64,000 nucleotides of DNA, taken from contig NW_003314413.1 in NCBI RefSeq assembly GCF_000143415.4, positions 62,001 to 126,000 of the forward strand. Reading direction: 5' to 3'. Source of the DNA: Selaginella moellendorffii. Its lineage: Eukaryota; Plantae; Lycopodiophyta. A model generated the notes under the pieces. The model did not search any database and was not told the origin of the DNA. It saw only the letters and a list, made by a program, of their open reading frames with translations. This document shows, piece after piece, positions 55,786 to 64,000 of the stretch; positions within the stretch are counted from its first letter, which is position 1, and each line of letters begins with the position of its first letter. The position numbers and the translations under genes were made by a program.

Positions 55786-58039
55786 ATGATTTCGCGAGGA
55801 GGAGGTTTGTGGCATTGCTCGATCCAGAGAGAAAATGCGAGCTATCGGTGTGATCTGTGGAGAAATCTCTAGAGGTTTCCATGCTGAAATGCCGGCAGCT
55901 GCGATGCGTCTGAGAATTCCAAGAGAATGAGGATAGAGGGAAGATCAAGCTCTGAGAATTCCAAGAGAATGAGGATAGAGGGAAGATCAAGCTTTGTAGA
56001 ATCAGCCGACGTTACGAAGAAGAATGCTAGATTAAAACTGGACAAGGGGCCAAATGAGAAGAAAGTTCTCGATTGGCAGACACTGGTAATGACTTTTACA
56101 TTTTTATTTAGCTTCTTATGCTTGATTGTGTGTGTGTGTGTGTGTGTGTGTTTTTTTTTTGGCCAGTGCAAAGTAGGACGTGTTGACGAGCCATGGAGGC
56201 TTAAACACGCAAGATTCAAGGGCCATGGCATCAAGAAAATCGATCCACAAAAGTTTGGAGAGTTTACTTCCCTGCGTTACATCAATCTCACCAGCAACTT
56301 TGTGCCTCTTGTAAGTTTTTTCTTGTGAAAGCTTGCAGCTCTGAAACATGAGCTTCTTCTGTCATGGTTTTTTCAGGAGTCCCTTGCACCGTTTCCTTTC
56401 CTCCAAAACGTTTGCCTCCAACGGAATCGACTACTATCGGTGAATCCCCCTGCACAAAAGTTTACGGCCCTTCAGGTACAACGATTTGTTCGCTCGTGGA
56501 GCACCTTCGTGACAAACTTTTGTTTGCAGGAGTTGGATGTGTCGTATAACAAGTTGAAGGCATCGGCTATGGTTGCGTTGTCGACGTTGCCAGACTTACG
56601 CAGGCTCAACATAGACTACAACTATTTGGGCAAGATACCGGACGAGATAGGAGACTTGGGGGCATTTCCTAGTTTGCAAAAACTTTCTGCAGCAGGAAAT
56701 GGTCTTCACTCATCGTCCCTCATACCCTTAAGCAAGGTTTATAAAAAAAAGTACTGCATTCCTTTGTGATTTTTCTTGAATTTTCTTCCCCGTCACTAGA
56801 CAGCTATACTGGTAAAGGAATGCTCATTACAGTAAGTCTTTGTTTCTGACACTTTCCGCTCGTTGTAAACAGATACGAAGGCTGGAGCTGCTTTGCTTGT
56901 CGAGAAACTCGATCAGTAGCTTGCCAGAGGAGGTAACCAGCTCATTTCTCTCTTCTTTTTTTTTCAAAATACTGACTTCAATACTTTGGTGTCAAGCTGT
57001 ACAGGTGTTTTCGTGGCCTAAGCCATTCCGGCGGCTCACGGAGCTGGATTTGTCTTTTAACTGCCTCAAAGAGCCTCACACGCTAGTGTCCCTGAGGTTT
57101 CTGGAGCATTTGAACAAGGTACGCTCGAACCTTCGTCGAGCTTTGTACTGAACTTTGCATATCATCTTTGTTTCCTCAGGTGATATTGTGGGGGAATCCC
57201 ATCGCAAAAAACGTTGGGCAACCGGTTATCAAAGCGTATCTTCAAGCACGGCAAAGTGGTCAGTCGTGGGCTTTGGAACCGCCACCTCCGTCACGGCATC
57301 CATACCAAAGATTCATCCCAGTTCTTCGCCCACAATCCTGTTTACTCGTAAGTTCTTCTACGTGCACTTTTTCACTAAAAAAAACCTCTTCATTCATCCA
57401 AACTGACTCGACTCGCCAAGTAGAATGACGCTGAGCTTCACGCAGCTGAATGCAAGCCAGACCCCAAACCCGAGAAGAAGGAAAAAAAAGAGGTGATTTT
57501 TGCTGTAGTTGTGAAGCTACTGTCGTTTCGTAAACTCCAGTGTGCCTGTGCATGGTTTGCAGGATCCTCAGGAAACCCCAGCGGCGGATAGATCCGCATT
57601 TGGAGCATCAATGGCGTTTCTAACTCTCAAACGAGAGCTAGCATTTCCGCCCGCTTCGGTAAGCTATATCGTTCTTATCTAGTTTCATGAACGTGTTTGT
57701 GTTTGATCCAGTCGGAGCTTAAACCTCCTCACTACTGGGCTCCTCCAAAGAGGCAGGACAGTAGCTTGTTGGAAGCCACGAGACGACGCCATCGCCCCAC
57801 GCTTTTGCAAAGAGTCCGGAAAATGCAGGCAAGCTTTTCCAGAAAAATTCTTCCATTTTGATGTTCCAATTTTTTTATTTTTATTTTTTTCTGTTTCCAT
57901 TTTTTACTTGGGACAGGCTGAGCAGGAGAAGCAAAGAACTGATGTTATTCTCAAGGGAATGCAAGAGCGCTTGAAACGTGTAGAGAGTGGGCTGAGCTTC
58001 TTGCAAAACAAGCTAACACCCCTTTGTAAGGCGGCTTAG
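55786..58039 (+). CDS. XRRA1-like leucine-rich-repeat protein; multi-exon, start uncertain (55786 or 55927)
   Basis: VLDWQTL..F.EFTSLRYINLTSNFVPLESLAPFPFLQ, ELDVSYNKL, FPSLQKL...N, PFRRLTELDLSFN, VILWGNP; order and spacing resemble animal XRRA1 as recalled. Confidence 0.7.
55909..55992 (+). repeat. Perfect in-frame 42-bp tandem duplication (SENSKRMRIEGRSS x2)
   Basis: TCTGAGAATTCCAAGAGAATGAGGATAGAGGGAAGATCAAGC at 55909 and 55951. Confidence 0.95.
56127..56150. repeat. (GT)n microsatellite in an intron
   Basis: Read directly. Confidence 0.9.
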
Positions 58040-58182
58040 TTTTCTTTTCCAATTTGTAGCTCTAGAAGTTCACTGGTTTTCCATTCTCAGTGAGCTTAGG
58101 CTTGCAAAACATGTAAACAGAAAAAAATGTCGAAAGAACGAAGCGAAAAATAAAAAAAACCAGAAGAGGGAGGCATGTCCTT

Positions 58183-61100
58183 TTAACCGTCTTCTTTCGC
58201 GGCTTCCTCTTTGCGTATTCTTTCCTCCTCCTCTTTGTTGAAGATCGCGTTCAGCTGTCTCTCCAGCTGCGAAACAGGATTCCATTCGTGAGCGAAAAAG
58301 AAAACAAGAACGCCAAGTACCTGGACATTGCGAAGTTTCATCATTTGCAGCTCGTCACCAAGCACTCCCACTCTAAACAAGCAAAGTGTTAAATTCGACA
58401 GAGTGTCTTACATAGAGACTTGATTTCTCACCTCACTTGCAGTTCAAGGACTTGTTGGCGAAGGTCACGTTCACGGTCCGAGCAGTTGTTATCGCTCTGT
58501 TTGAAGCAACAAGTTTCAGCCCAGGGGTCACTTTCCGGATGAAAACAACATACACATACCCCGTGGTCTACTGCACTCGCACTCGCACTCCGACTCAAGC
58601 GCTGGTTGGACGCGCCTGCGCAAAAAAAGTCATGTAAGAACAATAACGTGGAATTGCAGCCACTTACCAGCAGATAAGTCAGTCCCATGGTTGCATACAA
58701 TGGTCATCAGATTCACAATCATGTCCTGTTGGAATTAAGAACTTCACGGTTCTGTAACATTCAACATCGTTGCATACCTGCTGCATCGCCGTTTGGTTTA
58801 AAAGATTCTGGAGCAGTGGCAGTAATGCCGCAGTCGACACGGGAGTGTAGCCAGTAGTAGATGGTGTGGCTGGAGATGGAGATGTACCGGATGACTGTGG
58901 AAAAACTTGCTGGTACATCTAAGCCACCAAAGCGTTAGGATACTGACACAAACTAATAGAAAGTTCAACCTGAGCACTCGAAGTTCTTCGGAGACTTGAG
59001 GGAGAGAGAAGTTCCTGCAGCAGCAGATGTTAAGTACTTATCAACGCAAGGCAAGAGTCAACTGTACCGAATGCTCAATAGAGTTTACACTGCTTTTTAC
59101 TTTCACATTTGGAAGAGCGGCAAGCCTTTCCACATCCTTGTTCTGCAACGAGCTTATTAGATAGAATCTTACTAGCATTTGGACAGCAAACTAATACCTC
59201 CTTAAGGTCCTTGAGATTGACATCTGCCGAGGTTACGGAGAACCGACCTTTCTTCTGGACGACGGGCCCTTTGACCTTCTCATCCTCTTTTCCTGTTTCA
59301 TTCAGACAATTGAGACGACTCAAATAATAAATCAAAGAGGCTATACCAGGTGGGGGCTTGGCTGATCCATTTGCAGGTCGATGGTCAACGACTCCATTGC
59401 TAGATGGCACAGTAGAGGGGTTCTCCTCTCCTGAGGGGCGCATCGTTAGCTTGTGATCTCTAAAGTCAAATGCCGTCAGGATGAAGGAAGAAAAATTGCA
59501 AATATGTTACCTGGTTCTCTCGTCATCCAAAGGCTTGTCTGTAAGTGCATCATCAAAATCTAACTGTCTGTTGTGATCCATTGAAATATCTTTTGCGTTT
59601 ATGATTTTCGAGTCATCAAGCTCTTTATCTTCGAACTTTTCCTCCTTGTGGTGCGCAAGCGCTCTTTCTTCGCCGTTGAGTTGTTCTGCGTTCTCACACC
59701 AGTTTGATGAATCTATCTCCACGTTATCGACGAAGACATTGAACCGGCCTCTGTAAAGAAACGATTTGATTAACTTAAAATAGTAGAATACTTCGAGAGA
59801 ATAATACTTACCTTATCTTGGCTCCATTTGGCGGCTTGCGAACTATGCACTCTTCTCCCTACATTTGAAACGAACAAAATAGTTTACGTATAGGAAGACA
59901 AAACTACTTACATCGAGAGGTATCTCGGCCTTGATAGTCTCAGAGATAAGATTATCGTCGGCGGATATTGTCGTATGAGGCGAGGCTACTCTAGAAACAG
60001 TTTTAGAGGGAACTCCTTCCTCCTCTTTTTTGATGACAGGAGCATAATCATCGTCTTGCAACTGCATTGCATCAAACTGGTCAAAATGAAATAACCACAC
60101 TGTCATTCAAGTTACCATTGCTGCCTGTGCTTTGAGATCCTCAACGTCAAAATTCCAGCCACTTACTCCGCGTTTATAAGCGTTCTGCATGGTTTTATTC
60201 CGGTGTTACATTTATAGCAATACATTTTTCTAGGCTGACCTGGGATTTTTCTTCCTGCTCCTCGAAAGTAGACGTTTTCTTTTCCGCAAGTCGTGCAGCA
60301 TCCTTCAGCTGGTGTCACAAAATGTTACCTCATGGCACCATACAGATTCAATTCTCATACCTTCACATCCCTCACACGTTCCCAGAGAGGTGGAAGGCCG
60401 TCCAGAACGTGACGGACTATATAGTCGCTTGACTTTGCCGATTTGAAAAAAGAATGCTTCAAAAGCTTTTCGGCTGTTGGCCTTTTTGTCGGGTCCTTAA
60501 CCAAACACATGGCAATCATCTCCTTGAAAGACTAAATTAGCAAAAGGCAGCTGTTAAAAAGCGCAAAAGAAACTAGATTAAAGTGACCTTAGAAAAGCGC
60601 TTGTCCCTCTCGTAAGTCAATCCAGGAGCTGCATTTTGTAAAGTCATCAGTAGAACCTGTCAAGCGCATTCAGCACTCGAAGGAACATAAAAATCACGGA
60701 TTTACCTTCAGAGGTGGATATTTCGAGAACGGAGCATGGCCGTGTGCAAGCTCTAGAGCAGTTATACCGAAAGACCATACGTCAGCCCTGTGGACACACA
60801 CTGGGAGATAAGAAAAATCGAAAGAAAGTAATTTAGAATTGTACTTAAAATCGTAACCATTGATCTGCTCCATGACCTCCGGCGCCATCCTGCAGAGATT
60901 CGTTAAGAATGAATCTCGAACAGAATGATATTGATTGCGTACCAGCAAGGTGTCCCCACAAAAGTTTTTCTCGACCATTGCCTATCGCCATTGTCAAACA
61001 TGAAAGCCGCGACGCCAAAATCACCGAGCTTCACGGCACCGTTCTCGTGTATGAGGATATTCCCAGCCTTGATAGAACACCCAAATTAGATAGACCCAAA

Positions 61101-61635
61101 GACAGTTGACTTGAGAGGAACATACCTTCACATCTCGATGAATGTGTCCCTGTCGGTGAAGATACTCCAAAGCTTTCAACGTATCGCGAAGAATTGTCGC
61201 AATAACCGGCTCGTCGAATCCATCGGGAGATGTTGCCTTCATGATGTGAAGACACGAGCCACCTCCCATATACGGCATGACGACCCAAAGATGCTGAGAC
61301 ACCACAAACGAGCAGTGTGCCTTCACGACATTGGAATGGCTGATCAAGCTCATTGTCTGAGCTTCCTTTCGGATGGTATCCTGGGAAGCACGGACATCTA
61401 AGTCAGCTACCAGCAAGGAAGAAATAAAACTTTAAAATGAGCTCGAAAGTATCGGTATACTTACCAAAGTCCCACTGCATTTCTCCAAATCCAGCTGCTT
61501 CACCGCGACATACTCTCCAAGAGGCACGCAAAATGCCCGAAACACCAATCCGCTCACGCCCTGCCCGATCTCTTCGAGTAGCTTGTAGTCGGCTGGCACC
61601 ACTGGATACTTCCCCTTGTCCTTTCGCTCCTCCAT
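58183..61635 (-). CDS. STE20-family kinase of the OSR1/SPAK/Fray type (plant MAP4K, BLUS1-related clade); many exons
   Basis: [94 protein letters not shown]-terminal coiled coil. Confidence 0.95.
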
Positions 61636-62309
61636 ATCTTCCACAGGAATATTTTCACTTGGACTATGGCTGTCCGATTCGCGTACTGTTCATCGCACAC
61701 GAGCGTCGAAATATTTCGGCACCGCGAGCTCACGGGAGCACGGATTTCTCGATCTTGGACGCGGCGCCGCGGATATTCTCGCGATCAAACCGCCACCGCC
61801 TACTCGCATTCCCCGATCCCTCCCCGCGGCCTCAATTCCTGAAATTGGATCCCAAATATCGGTAGCGTAGGAGCAAAGATCCACGCAAACAAGGAAAAGC
61901 GCCGCAACAAGGGAGAAATTCCACCGAGCTTACACTGGCGATCGTCCAGCGCCACAGCAGTGTCGCAGCGCCATCGCCGCGCATTAAATTCGGGATCGAA
62001 ATCCCGTTGCTCGGTCTTCTTTCAAGCTCCCGCAACGCAAGCTTGCTCGCTCATGCACAGCCTCGGCCCGGACCTACGAGCCCCAAACCTAGAATGGCCT
62101 ATAAAACGGCCGTCAAACCCCCCGTGACGGCCACGCCTCAGCTCGTCATGGACCCGTCACCGCACGCCACGGCCTCTCCCGTGCGCTTCTGTGCACGAAA
62201 ACAGTGGCATTACTGATAACAAGAAGCCAATCATAGTCTCAACCCTTCTCTCGTTTAGAAAAAAAAATTAAACAATTCAAACGGCTGACCGTTGACAAAT
62301 TTTGACCCT

Positions 62310-63125
62310 CTAGAACCCTAAAACTTCTTTCTTGCGAGCGTTTCGAAACGCGCAGCAGCCCACGGAATAGACGATCACCAGGAAGAAGAACATCACCGCG
62401 CTCACGAACGCGACCTTGCGCCAGTCGCGCTTGATGTTCTCGAGCACTCCCGCCTTGCAGGAACCGCAGTCCAGGCACAGATCCTCCTGGTTCCACCGCG
62501 AGCAATCCGGGTCGGAATTAGGGTTCTGGGGATCCGCCCAGCTTGTGGCGTTAGCGAAGCCACACGCCGCTGGAGGCCGGCAGCATCCAGACTGCAAAGG
62601 GACTAGACACAATCAATCCAATTCGAGGAGATTGGGCCACACCTGCAATGGGGAGTAATTGGTGAATGTAGCTTCTTCCAGGCCGACGCAAACCCTCGCA
62701 GCGATCAAGCAGCTCTTGATCTTTGCCCAATTTCCCGGATTCTTGACGCGATCTTGGAGCCAGGGCGAGTAATCCGTGAGCCTATACTCCTCGTAGCCCA
62801 ATCCAGCCAGAGAATGCCTGGCACCGCCCCTGCTCGTCACCACAAACGCAAATGCCGTGAATGCCAGCAGCGCTAGGATGAGGAGCAGCATAACCAGGAG
62901 ATAGATCCACAGCAGCCACGCGATCCGGAAGCAGCTGCCGATAAATCCCGCCAGGGACACGAGCAGGATGAAGAGCCCTAGCGCGATCACGGGAAACTGG
63001 AGGAATTTCACGCACGCCGTCTCGTGCCGGTGCGCAAGCCAAATTCCCGCCCCAATCACCGCCAGCGAGAGGATCATCGCCACAAAATTCAGGATCCCCG
63101 TGAGGTAGTTGCTCGTCAGACCCAT
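62310..63125 (-). CDS. Tetraspanin; 2 exons
   Basis: Four TM helices; EYRLTDYSPWL, W.KIKSCL, SPLQ|SGCCRPP..CG, C.DC.SCKAGVL..IKRDWRKVA. Confidence 0.95.
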
Positions 63126-63289
63126 CTGATCGATCGATCGATCGGGCTGGAATCGCCTAGAACACTCGCGTACGGAAGCGCGACAAAAATGCCCGGCCTT
63201 GGCATCTGCTGCTCCAGGCCAGCGCGCGTACGGACGGGGATAAGAATGGGCCACCATGTTTAATGAGCGTGACAAGGACCTGACGGGCG

Positions 63290-64000
63290 TCATCTGACCG
63301 TACAGAGGTTGGACATCACGACGTACGCCGAGGAGTGGCCATGGTTCGAGCTCCGGGATGTCCGTACACCCCGGTGTACGTCACCGTGGATGTGGCAAGC
63401 GCCCAAGAGGCTCATCCATTGAGCGGGAGATGGCCACATGGGCATGGTTTGAATGAGCTCCTCAACCTTATCAAGACGCCCGGCGCGGCCGAGAAGATCG
63501 ACGAGGCACCCGTAGTTGTCCTCCAGTGGCTCGATCGAGTAGTCCCCGATCATGAGATGGAACTGGTGGCGGGCCTCTCGGATCGATCCGGCATGCGCGC
63601 ATGCGAAGAGCACACAGGTGAAGCTTATCACATTCGGCGCCACGCCCTCTTGATCCATTCTTTGCAGTAGGCCCATCGATTCGCGCAGGTCACCCTGGTG
63701 AGCGTAGGCCCCGATGATCGCGTTCCAGGAGATGGAGTTCTTGCCCCGGATCTCCTCGAACGCGGCCCTCGCGCTGGCGAGGGCGCCGCAGCGATCATAC
63801 ATGTTGACTAGCGCGGTGCCCGGGATCACGCTGCTTGAGAGCCCCTTGGCGGCGATGGTGGCGTGGATCTTCCGCCCTTCTCGCAGGTCCTCGCACGCAT
63901 CCAGCGCGCTCACCAGCGTCAGCTGGTTGGGATGGATCCCTTGGAGCTCCATTCTACTCAGTAGCAGCAGGGCTTGATCACTGTGACCCTGGTGAGCGCA
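63290..64000 (-). CDS. PLS-class PPR protein, 3' part (runs off the window), shortened E domain
   Basis: SWNAIIGAYAHQG, FTCVLFACAHAG, YGCLVDLLGRAG, MP..P...WMSLLGAC..HGD, AYVVMSN. Confidence 0.9.
   Translation of the reverse strand, partial: CAHQGHSDQALLLLSRMELQGIHPNQLTLVSALDACEDLREGRKIHATIAAKGLSSSVIPGTALVNMYDRCGALASARAAFEEIRGKNSISWNAIIGAYAHQGDLRESMGLLQRMDQEGVAPNVISFTCVLFACAHAGSIREARHQFHLMIGDYSIEPLEDNYGCLVDLLGRAGRLDKVEELIQTMPMWPSPAQWMSLLGACHIHGDVHRGVRTSRSSNHGHSSAYVVMSNLCTVR

Overview
Eukaryotic nuclear DNA from a very compact land-plant genome. The ~40-90 nt introns, GC-rich intronless PLS-class PPR genes, flagellum-associated genes and tiny intergenic spaces point to a lycophyte such as Selaginella; this is inferred from gene content and was not checked against a database. 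About 25 protein genes are recognisable: three PPRs, an alpha-crystallin-like protein, DUF962, remorin, POLAR-like, Tctex-1, ATG5, isopentenyl phosphate kinase, METE, ASY1-like HORMA, DHHC S-acyltransferase, dCMP deaminase, TPR/J-like, a flavoprotein, HEMA, two BAHD acyltransferases, ARC6, an XRRA1-like LRR protein, an OSR1/SPAK-type STE20 kinase and a tetraspanin. AT-rich islands between them hold transposon relics. Most notable: (1) a tRNA gene with the body of plant cytosolic tRNA-Ile(AAU) but a CAU anticodon, 45 bp downstream of the Tctex-1 stop on the same strand; (2) an intact, intronless, header-less Crinkler/RHS-type NTPase+REase gene in a repeat-rich island; (3) two PPR ORFs in the same frame separated by one TGA and two codons, plus other same-strand pairs with almost no room for a promoter, which may be polycistronic; (4) a three-unit [HEMA -> <- BAHD] tandem array with reciprocal gene loss; (5) fungal/bacterial-type genes and a Sola-like transposase relic. 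Exon boundaries and family assignments were made by eye and from memory of the families; no searches were run.
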